Assembly (NCBI GenBank): GCA_963813715.1
Contig: CAWFAK010000011.1
Location: 1 to 59,152, forward strand
Direction of reading: 5' to 3'
From: an uncultured Planctomycetaceae bacterium
Lineage (GTDB): Bacteria > Planctomycetota > Planctomycetia > Planctomycetales > Planctomycetaceae
Length of the DNA stretch: 59,152 bases
The notes under the pieces were generated by a model. That model was not told the origin of the DNA. It saw only the letters and a program-made list of their open reading frames with translations, and did no database searches. Below, piece by piece: positions 21,567 through 31,684 of the stretch. The position numbers and the translations under genes are program-made. How positions within the stretch are numbered: the first letter of the stretch is position 1; every line of letters starts with the position of its first letter.

Positions 21567-22064
21567 TCAGCTTCCCGTGGGAGCGCTGACGTCTTGCGGA
21601 TAGCTCACCGGCAGCGACGACACCCAATACACGGTTGCGTCGACCTGGGTGGCCGCGTTTGTGACCAGCAGCGACGAGCACCACCGCACATTTACGAACG
21701 GAATCGTCACCGTCACCTGCAGGTTGTCCAGACACGTGGCTTCGCTCACGTCCGTCCCCGGATTCGTCAAGTCGGAAACCGTGACGGTCAGTCCCGTTGT
21801 TGGCAATCCGGACGCCGCAACGCAGCCCGTCACCACGCTGACCACCTGCGTATTGGTGATCTGGCCGGCCGACGCCTGTCGAGCCCCCTCTTCGGCCGCC
21901 GAGGTGAGAATCTGCCGTACCTCGATGAAGCGACCCATTTCGAGCATGCCCAAAACGAAAATCAGCAGCACCGGCAGAACGAGCGCGAATTCGACGCAGG
22001 CCGTCGCGCGGCGGTCCGGGCGGCTCTTGGCCGTTCGGCACTCGATCGTGCGAATTCCCCGCAT
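21567..22064 (-). CDS. TadE family pseudopilin
   Basis: RRATACVEFALVLPVLL...LEMGR...AAEEGAR; AGGAG RBS before ATG 22064. Confidence 0.9.
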   Translation of the reverse strand: MRGIRTIECRTAKSRPDRRATACVEFALVLPVLLIFVLGMLEMGRFIEVRQILTSAAEEGARQASAGQITNTQVVSVVTGCVAASGLPTTGLTVTVSDLTNPGTDVSEATCLDNLQVTVTIPFVNVRWCSSLLVTNAATQVDATVYWVSSLPVSYPQDVSAPTGS

Positions 22065-22402
22065 GAGCTGGCTCCTGGTAATCTCGGGCTGCCGGAAGTT
22101 CGGCGACTGCTGGCTGAAATGTTGAATTTGCAGAACGGGCAACCTACGGAGGCGGCGCCGGGCGCACCCCTGTGCCCTGGAAAACATAGCCCACAAACGA
22201 GCAGTTCCGGCAAAAATGGCGTCTCCTCGGTCGCTTTTTTCCCCAGAAGCGGTACAACCGCTGGAAAATACCGGACGCGATCATCCTGCCCGATCCGGAC
22301 GAGGTCCCACGCCCGCGCGGATGGTCGGGTTGTAAAGGCAGGATGGGTCATACACGGCGCGCGGCCACGGAATGGTCTGTGACTGGCGACAGGACGGAGC
22401 CG

Positions 22403-23930
22403 ATGTCAGTCGGAATGCTCGCACGACGGCGCGTCGAATTCGGCGACTTTCAAACCCCCGCCGACCTCGCGGCCGCCGTCTGTCGCGTGCTGGCGAACGA
22501 ACGCCCCGCCACGCTGATCGAGCCGACGTGCGGCACCGGCACGTTCCTGGCCGCGGCACTCGCCGCCTTTCCCGACGTGCGCCGCGCGATTGGCCGGGAC
22601 ATCAACGCCCGCTCGGTCGCGGCCGCTCGTCGCAGCGTGGCTTGCGTTTCGTCGGCCGCCCAATGTCAGATTCGCGTCGGCGACTTTTTTCGCACCGACT
22701 GGTCGAACCTGTTGGCCGCGTGTGCGGAGCCGCTGCTTGATCCTGGGCAATCCGCCGTGGGTCACGAATTCGGCCCTTGGCGTGTTGGGCAGCGGCAACC
22801 TGCCGCCCAAGCAAAATCTGCCCGGCCGCTCCGGGTTGGAAGGCCTTACGGGCAAAAGCAACTTCGACGTTTCCGAGTGGATGATCGGGCGGCTGCTCGA
22901 GGCCGCCGCCGGTCGCCGCGCGACGCTCGCCATGCTCTGCAAGACAGCCGTCGCCCGCCGCGTGCTCGCCCGCGCCTGGGAAACTTCGCTGCCGCTGGGC
23001 TCGTGCGAGATTCGACCGATCGACGCGGCCCGGCACTTCGGCGTCCGGGTCGATGCCTGTCTGCTCATTTGCCGCAGTGCGGCAGGAGCGACGGGCGTCG
23101 CCGAGTGCCGCGTGACCGACGACCTGGAAACGTCCCCCGGACCCCGGGCCTTCGGCTGGCGGGACGGCCGCCTGGTCGCGGATGTGGCCGCCTACGAACG
23201 GGTGAAGCCTCTGCTCGGCGGCCAGGCTCGCTGGCGGTCCGGCGTCAAGCACGACTGCTCGGCCGTCTTCGAATTTCGCGACGAGCACGGCCAACTCGTC
23301 AACGGCCTGGACGAAGTCGTCGATCTCGAGCCCGACTACCTCTATCCGCTGCTCAAAAGCTCGGATGTCGGCATCGTCGCGCGGGCCGGATCACGTCGCC
23401 TCGAACGGCCCCTCGGCCGTCAGTCATTCAATGGGCGGCAAGTGCTGGTCCCGCAACGCCGCGTCGGTGAGGCGACCGACGCGATCGCCGCTCGCGCTCC
23501 CAAAACGTGGCAGTATCTCGAGCGACACGCCGCCCGACTCGACCGACGTGCCAGCCGTGTTTACCAAAAGCAACCGCGGTTCTCGATCTTCGGCGTCGGC
23601 CCTTACACCTTCACACCCTGGAAGGTGGCGGTCTCCGGCTTCTACAAAAGGCCGCAATTCGCCCCAATTGGACCGCGCGGTGGCCGCCCGGTCGTCTGCG
23701 ACGACACGTGCTATTTCCTGCCCTGCAAGTCGGCCGCCGCCGCCCGGGCACTCGCCCGTCACTTGAATGGCCCGCTCGCCCGCGAGTTCTTCGCCGCGTT
23801 TTGCTTTACCGATGCCAAGCGTCCGCTGACCGCAGAAATCCTCGGCTCGCTCGACTTGGCGGCGTTGCCGCGCGAGGGTGAACGCACTTGCCCTGACCGT
23901 GGACGATGCCGAACGTTACCCCGTTGCTAA
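22403..23930 (+). CDS. SAM-dependent DNA amino-methyltransferase, orphan (frameshift near 22735)
   Basis: FGDFQTP (motif X), IEPTCGTGTFL (motif I), ILGNPPW (motif IV), in gamma-class order. Confidence 0.85.
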
Positions 23931-25417
23931 GCTCGGCAGTCGAAGCCGATCCCGGAGCGGCTGCGGTCCGCGTTTTCGGCTCCCAGCAACTTGAGATTGA
24001 GCGAGCCGCCGCTGAAGAGCATTTCCTCGAGCGCTCGTTCGACGTCGGTCAACTCAATCGAGGCCGAGCTGTCGCGTTCGAGGTGGAATTGCACCGAGCG
24101 GCGCATCAGCTCCTTGATGAAGGCCGCGCTCACCCGGTCGGTTCGCTTGACGATTTGACCGACTACGGCGGGCGAGACGGCGACGCCTTGCGCGTACAGC
24201 CGCACGAGCTTTTCGCGTCCCTCCGCGTCGGGCAGCGGAAACTCGATCGCCTGGTCGACGCGGCCCGGCCGCGAGGCGAGCGCCGCTTCCAGCGACTCGG
24301 GCCGATTGGTCGTCAGCACAAACAGGATGTCCGCCTCCTCGCGCAGGCCGTCCATCTCGTTGAGAAGCTTGTTGAGCAGCACCTGTTCGCAAGGGCCGGC
24401 TTCTGACCGGTCACTGCCGATGAGATCGACGTCTTCGATCACCACGAGGCTCGGCTGCAGCAGACGGGCCAGCGTCATGTATTCGGCCAACAGGCCGACC
24501 TGTTCCGCCGTGATCAGCAGGGTCGTGTGGCCAGGCAGGGCCTTGGCGAGGTAATGGATCGTGTGCGTCTTGCCCGTTCCTGGTGGACCGTAGAAGAGCA
24601 GGCCTTTTTTCGTCGCTTGCCGAAGCTGGGCCAGCCGCGGCCGCTGCCGGACGAACTCGATCACATTGCGATCGAGCAGGTCGAGCGTTTTGCGAGGCAG
24701 GATCACCTGCTCGCGCTCGACCGTGCGGAGCTTGTGCACGCGAATCCCGGCCGACTGCCCCGAATATGAGTGCTCCTGCTCGAGCGAGAGGATTTTGCCG
24801 CGGTACGATTCAGCCTTGAGGACCGAATCCTCCAGATGGCGGAAGAACTCCTGCGTGATGCGGGTGCCGTCGGCATTGTTGACCGTGCCGATTTGGAACT
24901 GGACCCCCGTGGTCTCGCCGTAACGTTCAACGGCCGCGAACAGCACCACGAAGCGATTCAACCCTTCTTCCAGGAACCAGATGCCGTTCTTCAGACAGCG
25001 GAGCGGTTCCTCGTCGCCGACGTTGATTTCCTCATATTGAGGCGGCGCGGCCACCGGCGCGTTGTGATCACTGGGAACGACGCAAGTTGCCAGGTTCAGC
25101 GCGTGGTGCGAGTAATCTTGCCGGACGCCGCAGAAGTGGCGGATCTTCGTCGTGGTCCCAAACAGCCGGTCGATGGCCCGCTGCAAATCGGCGCGGACCC
25201 GATACGGGAAGCTGCGCTCGGAGATGGTGATGTTGTCGGTCGGGACGGGCCGAAAATGGTCGCGAATCAGGTTCGCGATCAACGTTCTCGGCGGAGCCTT
25301 CTCCTCGCGGCGGACGCCCAGACGCCAGCCGTTGCGGGAAATCACGACGGCCCCGGCCAACGTGCCCGTGGTCAGAGCCATCAGCGCCGCACTCCAGCTG
25401 GTCAACAATTCTCTCAT
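23927..25417 (-). CDS. AAA+ ATPase with an N-terminal hydrophobic anchor
   Basis: GPPGTGKT, VIEDVD, LLNEMDG, TTNRPESLEAALASRPGRVD (second region of homology); start uncertain. Confidence 0.88.
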   Translation of the reverse strand: MRELLTSWSAALMALTTGTLAGAVVISRNGWRLGVRREEKAPPRTLIANLIRDHFRPVPTDNITISERSFPYRVRADLQRAIDRLFGTTTKIRHFCGVRQDYSHHALNLATCVVPSDHNAPVAAPPQYEEINVGDEEPLRCLKNGIWFLEEGLNRFVVLFAAVERYGETTGVQFQIGTVNNADGTRITQEFFRHLEDSVLKAESYRGKILSLEQEHSYSGQSAGIRVHKLRTVEREQVILPRKTLDLLDRNVIEFVRQRPRLAQLRQATKKGLLFYGPPGTGKTHTIHYLAKALPGHTTLLITAEQVGLLAEYMTLARLLQPSLVVIEDVDLIGSDRSEAGPCEQVLLNKLLNEMDGLREEADILFVLTTNRPESLEAALASRPGRVDQAIEFPLPDAEGREKLVRLYAQGVAVSPAVVGQIVKRTDRVSAAFIKELMRRSVQFHLERDSSASIELTDVERALEEMLFSGGSLNLKLLGAENADRSRSGIGFDCRA

Positions 25418-25549
25418 CTCCCCATCCGGCTTCGATCCGTAGATATTTGCCTCGTCATGTTCGATGTGACAAGCGACGACCGCTGCAGGTTCGCGGCGGC
25501 GTAACCAGTCACTGGCCGTAAGAGGCCGATGAACCCGGCGGCGCACCGC

Positions 25550-26578
25550 TCACGAGCCGTCGCTGACGGCCGAGCCGGACCATTCGCCGTCGCTGATCGA
25601 GCCGAGGGCCCGCCAGGTGTCGGGGTTGATCGAGCTGCTGAAGTAGTGCACGCTGCCGTCGCCCATCAGCGACTGCACGCCCAGCGCGTGCCAGCTGCGC
25701 GAAGTGATGGCGGCAAACGTCGGCCCGCCGTCCTCTTCGTTGATCCCGTTGAGATCCATGTCGACGCCCGTAGGCCCGGGGGTGAACTTGTTGGGCGGCC
25801 AGGCCGTCGTAAAACCGGTCGCATGGCTGTTGCCGTCCGACCACTCGGTGTGGCCCAAAAGATACAGTCGGCACCCGCCGTTGTACTCGGGGGCGACCGT
25901 CAGCGGGTCGGCCGTCGGCGGCGGCACGTTGTTCGGATTCTGGATCAGACTCAGGCCGACGTTGTCGCAAATGTAGACCGGCTGATACGTCTTCACCTCC
26001 GAGGCAAAGATCGTCTGCGTGAGCCCATCGGTGATCGACGCCAGCCTCAACGATCGATCAGGCCCGAACGCCGTCCGATTCCCGGGCCCCTTGGCGCCGC
26101 CCCACACGAACCAGTCGCCCGTGCAAAAGCCGTAGCTCGCAATGGCGGACAGCCCGTACGGATGTGTCGACACGTCGGTGTGGATCTCGCTCGGGCAGAG
26201 GTACAGGGGCAGTTGTTGCTGAATGGCGGCCGCGTTCGCCGGGTCTTCCTTGTTGAGCTGGAAATTGCACTGCCGGAACAGGTTCGACTGCTCGAAGTAG
26301 GGCAACAGCCGAGCCAGGATGCCCCAACACCCGTTCGATTCGAGCGTGTTCCCCGTGCCGATGACCTGAATCGACGGCGGCAGCACGCGGTAGACCGACT
26401 CGTAATTGTGCATCGCCAGCCCCAACTGGTGGAGATTGCTCTTACACTGGGCCCGCCGCCCGGCCTCCCGAGCCGCCTGCACCGCGGGCAAAAGCAACGC
26501 CACCAGGATCCCGATGATGGCGATCACGACGAGGAGCTCGATCAGCGTGAACGCGGGACGGCGGCAGTGGCGGCGCAT
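25550..26578 (-). CDS. DUF1559 domain protein with prepilin-type N-terminal cleavage/methylation motif
   Basis: [53 protein letters not shown] (H-X9-DG). Confidence 0.96.
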   Translation of the reverse strand: MRRHCRRPAFTLIELLVVIAIIGILVALLLPAVQAAREAGRRAQCKSNLHQLGLAMHNYESVYRVLPPSIQVIGTGNTLESNGCWGILARLLPYFEQSNLFRQCNFQLNKEDPANAAAIQQQLPLYLCPSEIHTDVSTHPYGLSAIASYGFCTGDWFVWGGAKGPGNRTAFGPDRSLRLASITDGLTQTIFASEVKTYQPVYICDNVGLSLIQNPNNVPPPTADPLTVAPEYNGGCRLYLLGHTEWSDGNSHATGFTTAWPPNKFTPGPTGVDMDLNGINEEDGGPTFAAITSRSWHALGVQSLMGDGSVHYFSSSINPDTWRALGSISDGEWSGSAVSDGS

Positions 26579-26836
26579 CGCGTGGCTCCGGATTGCTGAA
26601 ATCGTTCGGCGAACTGCCTTGAGTGACGGGGCGAAAGGCGGTTTCTGTCTAGAAAAATCACCGATGCGTCGGGCCACGGGCGACCACCGCAATCGCATCG
26701 GATGCTTCTTGTGGTCCGAAAAATCACAGGGTTACAATTTGCCATTAGGTCCACCGTTTTGCCACTGAAGCTGGGGACAGGCGATCCGGCGGTATACTCG
26801 TTCGAAAGTCGTAGGCCGTCCTTTGGGAGACTGCTC

Positions 26837-29800
26837 ATGCCGCTGCGGCGAGTTGCGCTTTCCCGCGTCGCTTTCGTTTGTGCCGGCCTGTTTGCCCTGG
26901 CGTCGCTCGTCGACTGCCCGACGTGTCGCGCGGCCGATCCGCCGGCGGCTCAGCCGAAGGTGCAGAGGCCGAGGCGGCAAAGGGCACCGCGGCTGCCCAA
27001 CTCGTTGATCGGGCGGATCACCGACGAGACAGGGCGCCGGTCGCCGATGCGCGGGTCGAAATCTACCCCCAGGGTGGCGGCGCCGTCTCCTTTGCGAAGA
27101 CGCAACCCGACGGGTCTTACGCACTCGAGCGAGTGCCGAGCGCGGGCGTCTATCACCTTCGCATCTTCAGCCTCCGCTGCGTCAGTCTCTCCGACCACGG
27201 AGACGACAACCTCGACATTCCGCTCGATCCGCCCAGGACCGTGACGCGCGATTTCGTCCTCAAGCCGGCGTGCCAACTGCATTTGACGATCGTTGACGAA
27301 GAGGGGCATCCGGTGCCCAAGGTGAATATCTATAAGCCAGGGCGTTACAGCGGAGAGTTCCTGCGAACAGACAAAGAGGGGCAAGTGACCATCGGCGGGT
27401 TGGCTCCGTCGCCCTTGCTGTCTCGCTTTGGTCTTCAGCATAAGGACTTCGTGATTGAGGCCCTGGAGGTCAAGCTCGATGATCCGAAGACGATCGTCGA
27501 ACGCCAGGTGACGCTGAGTAAGGGAAAGTCTGTCCGCGGAACCGTGACGTGCTCCGACGGCAAGCCTGCATCGGGATGCAGCATCCGGGCCCTTCCGAGC
27601 TGGTGGGATTTTAGAGCGTATCCTCAGGGAGGGCCGATTCGGGGAGACGGCTCGTTCGAGCTCGAGCATATCGGTCCTGGCACGTACAAGATCGACGTCT
27701 CGATGCCGAAAGGCGGGAACGGTCTGATCAAGCGGGATTGCCTCATCGGCGCGGACCTGTATCACCGTGAGGCTCCACTCGCACTCAAGTTCGACGTTCC
27801 CTCGTTGAACTCGATGGGTTTTATCGAGGGCCGCATTCACTTCGAAGGCGATCGACGCCCCAAACAGGGCTTCTCGATCCATGTTGGTCCGTGCGCCGCC
27901 GATCTGCTGGACGGAGATCTTTTCGCTCAGCGCGACGATCGGACATTCAAGATAGGGCCGCTGCCCGCCGGAAAATACACGCTAACGGTCGACTCCGCCG
28001 AGATTGAGTCCAAGTCGGTTGGCCCGTTGGAGGTCGGCACAAAGAACGTCGAGCTGGATTTGACCGTCCGCGGGCCGATGGCCCTCAAAGGGCTGATCAC
28101 CGGCGACGACGGCCAGCCTCTCACGAATCTGAAAGTCCGCGTGTTGAGAACGCGGAACCTGAGCGACCGCTACCACGAGCCTGGTGACGAATGGCAGCCG
28201 GTCTCCGACCCCAAAGGGGCGTTCACCGCCGAGATTCCCGGCCCCGGGGTTTACGTCGTGGAAGCGTCCGCCGACGGCTATGCGATCACGAAAAGCCAGC
28301 CCGCCAGCAGCGAGACCGACCTCAACAAAGAACTGAGGGTCAAGCTCTCGCGGGGCTTGAGCCTGGCGGGAAGGGTCGTCGACGAAGCCGGACGGCCGAT
28401 CAATGGGGCGACCGTGGTTGCACAGTCGCAATTGAAATGGTTACCCGTTTCCGTCACGAAGCTGCCATCACGAGCCGGCGTGGCAACGGCCGAGGGCCGT
28501 TTTCAGTTCGACCATCTCAACCCGGGGAAAGAAACCATTCGGGTGCTCCATCCCGATTACGTCTTTGCCGAAGTCCGGGATCTGGAGCTGAAAGAGGGTG
28601 GTCCGCAAACTCCCCTCACGCTGACGATGAAGCACGGCGGCACAGTCCGCGGCCGCGTCTTCGATCAATCGGGGCGTCCGGCCGCCGGTGTCTCACTGCA
28701 TTTCCGCGAGAGCATGTACAGCTTTGCCGGCGGGCCCAGCGAAGAAATCGGAGAGTTCGCCGCGGGCGTCTCGGACGAGGCCGGAGATTACGAGGTCGCG
28801 CATTTGCCCGACACCTTGATTTACGTCACTCAAGGCAATATGTGGGGGGACACTTTGGGCGTCGGCCGCCAGGCTGTGCTGCCCGCGTCAGGCAAGACGG
28901 TCCGGGTCGATTTCGGCGGGATCAAAAAAGTCACTGGCCGGATCATTGTCAACGGTGCGCCCCTGGCCAATACCAAGGTCTCGCTTTCGGAAGAGCAGCC
29001 CTACGGAAAGATGTTGGCTTACGCGATGACCGACGCCGACGGCAACTTTGCGTTCCGCGGCATTCCGCTGGGCGAGCGCTACCTCTACTACGCGGTGGGA
29101 ACCGGCCTGCGGCAGCACTGGGTTCGCGTCAAACCGCTGCGGATCGAGACGTCGAACGATGCTTTCGGCCCGATCAATTTCGTGACGGCAACTCTCTTGG
29201 TCCATTATCCCGACGCAGATCCGAATGCGCCGGGATCGGAGAAGACGAGCGTCTGGCTCTTGAACTACCAGGGCTTCTCTATGCGCGGCCAGAACAAAAA
29301 CGATCCCCGGGTATTTCGAGATGTGCCGCCTGGCAAGTGGGAGCTAAGTCTTACTCGACCGCACAAATTCGGTGTGTTGCAGACCGTCGAAATCACGGGT
29401 CCCGGCGAGAAGTCGGTGACGATCGATGTCCCGAAGGGGAGCGCCTCGCTGCGAGGCAAGGTCAAGGATCTCCCTCCCAAAATCAACCCTTACCTGGTGT
29501 TGCGAAGCAAAGACAAACGGGTATTTGCGAACGTGTTGATCAAGCCGGACGGCAGCTTCGAAGAGGAAGATTTGCCAGCCGGCGACTACACCCTGACCCG
29601 GATGACCCCGATCGAGACCGATCCAATCACGACTTTCTCGTTGGCTGGCGGCGAAAAGAAATCGATCTCATTGCTGACGCTGGACCCTCCCGGAAACCCT
29701 GGCAGCGGCTTGCTGCAAGTCAGACCCTACACGGCCGACGGATTGCCGCTCCCTGGCTGCGAGGCGACTCTCACGGGAGCCAAAGGTGAGGTGCCCCGCC

Positions 29801-29982
29801 GCGAGACGAAGATGGCCCAGATCACATTCTTGACGCAGCCAGGACCCTATCGGCTGTCGGTCAGCTATCCCGGATTTGTGCCGGTGACGAAGCAGGTCGA
29901 GGTCAAGGCCGCGCAAAACGGAGGTTGGGGGTCAGGCAACGAGCTGAACGTGACGCTCGCGAGAGGCGAGAATCGCTTGTGA
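26837..29982 (+). CDS. Secreted protein with tandem carboxypeptidase-regulatory-like (transthyretin-fold) domains (frameshifted near 26960-27045)
   Basis: GGAG RBS; signal peptide ending CRA-ADPP; repeated GRVVDEAGRPINGATV / GRVFDQSGRPAAGV / TDADGNFAFRGIP motifs. Confidence 0.85.
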
Positions 29983-30074
29983 CACCTGGCCACAACTTGT
30001 TTGTTCCGCCGACAGTTCGCCGAGACCGATCTCGCCTTTCTTAGCCTGCGCGTGGTTGACGGCGACACAAGGTC

Positions 30075-31214
30075 GGTCACGAAATCTCAGAAAACTGATC
30101 TTGGACGAACCGAGTTTTTGTGGCTGAATGGAGAGAGCGGATTCGGCGCGAGCGCTCTGGGCGCGCGCGGGGGTCGGCGATTGGGACCCACCGAGTCCAA
30201 AGTCCAAGGTCCAAAGTCCAAAGTCGAGTGGGACCGGACCGGACACAAATCACCCTCACCCCGGCCCTCTCCCAACCGCGAAGCGGACGGGCGAGGGAGA
30301 ATGGGACGGGACAAGTGTCCTGAGGAGCCGCGCACGCAGTAAGCGGTGCCTTTTCGCCCGCCGGTTGGGATGCTCACCGACGGGACGGGACAAGTTGTTT
30401 CACCGAGAAAACCCCGGAGAAATGCCCCCCTCACCCCGGCCCTCTCCCATCCGCAAAGCGGACGGGCGAGGGGGAAGAGGCGGCGAGGCGGGGATGACGA
30501 TCCCGGCCGGAGACCAAAAAGGATCCAGTCCCGCCGCGGTGAGGATCCTTTTTCACATATGAGGACAGGAAGAGAAAAAGATCCCCGGTGCGCGGGACAA
30601 GTTGTCCCGCCGGGTCCGCCTAAAAGTGGTCCCGCCGTGACGGTACCACCACATTTAATATAAGGGGGGCGCCGCAAAGTGGTCCCACCGACGAGAGTCC
30701 CACCGGTCAGTGTCGAACCGGTGAGCGGCGATCCGGCCAAGCAATCGGGACGGGACACGAACATCGAGTCCAAGGTCCAATGTCCAAGGTCGAAAGGCGG
30801 GACGGGATCGGAAGAGAACCCGATTGTTACCACGAAGGCACCAAGGACACCAAGAAATGCAAACCTGCTGAGTAGGAATTACTTGGTGCTCTTGGTGGCT
30901 TGGTGGTTAAAAAGTCCATCCGTATCTCGGACAGTGGACGGGACACATTTGCACCGCGCATCCGACCGGCGTCCCGTGGTTGTCTCGCCCCGTTGGGGCT
31001 TTGGGAGGTCGCGTGTTGTGGCCCTGAGATCCTGGGCCTGCGCTGCGCTCCGACCCAGGCTATAGATGTCTCGCCCCGTTGGGGCTTAAGGCGGGGCTTA
31101 GGAGGGAGGGCTTAAGAGGAGGGGGCGGACGCGATTCGTAGGGTGTCGACAAGGCCGCATCGCGGCCGCAGGCACACCATGCATGGCCGGCGGAGTAGCG
31201 GGACGGGACGGGAC
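30075..31214 (+). repeat. Composite non-coding repeat element, copy 1 (GGGACGGGAC scaffold with embedded REP/MITE-like hairpins)
   Basis: Colinear with the reverse complement of 43363-46234; no credible ORF. Confidence 0.9.
30593..30690 (+). repeat. 98-bp invariant core of the composite element, copy 1
   Basis: Exact reverse complement of 43952-44049. Confidence 0.95.
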
Positions 31215-31274
31215 TCGAGCCCTGAGTCCGGTCCGGACACATTTTGTGAGGCGGGACGACAAGCCCACGGAGAC

Positions 31275-31484
31275 TTTCACCAAGAAGACGAAGACGTTGA
31301 ACAGGAGGTAACAGAGTGAACAGAGTCAAACAGGCTGGAATCGATTGATTTCTCTGTTACCTCTGTTCCCTCCTGTTCAAAATCTTTTCGTGCTCAATCT
31401 TTGTGTCTTCGTCCCAAGAACACCAAGGTAATTCAGATCGGCTCACCGGTCTTAACTCGGTGCTCTTGGTGGCTTGGTGGTTAA
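31275..31484. repeat. Nested palindromic repeat (AACAGGAG..CTCCTGTT element inside a CACCAAG/CTTGGTG-type element)
   Basis: TTGAACAGGAGGTAACAGAG ... CTCTGTTCCCTCCTGTTCAA; a homologous copy lies at 49744-49914. Confidence 0.85.
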
Positions 31485-31684
31485 AGAATTCATTTGTATT
31501 TCTGCACACAGGACGGGAGACGTTTACCGTAAGGCAAAATAACGGCGTGCCCGGATGCTCGTCTCGCCCCACGTGTGCGCATCACTCTTTTGGCGATTGG
31601 CTGGCTGCTTCTTGCGTCCGCGCCGCGGTCCCCGCAGAATGAGGTTCCGCGGCGCTGTGCTCGGATCTTGCAGATGGCCTCTCG

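Noticed and set aside
30087..31115. ORFs within the composite repeat (for example 30087-30833 and 30679-31065, and counterparts at 43444-44224)
   Set aside because: Reading frames are not preserved between the two copies and the translations are low-complexity products of repeats
30075..31484. CRISPR array
   Set aside because: The recurring motif is only about 10 bp, spacing is irregular, the intervening segments are hairpin repeats, and there are no cas genes
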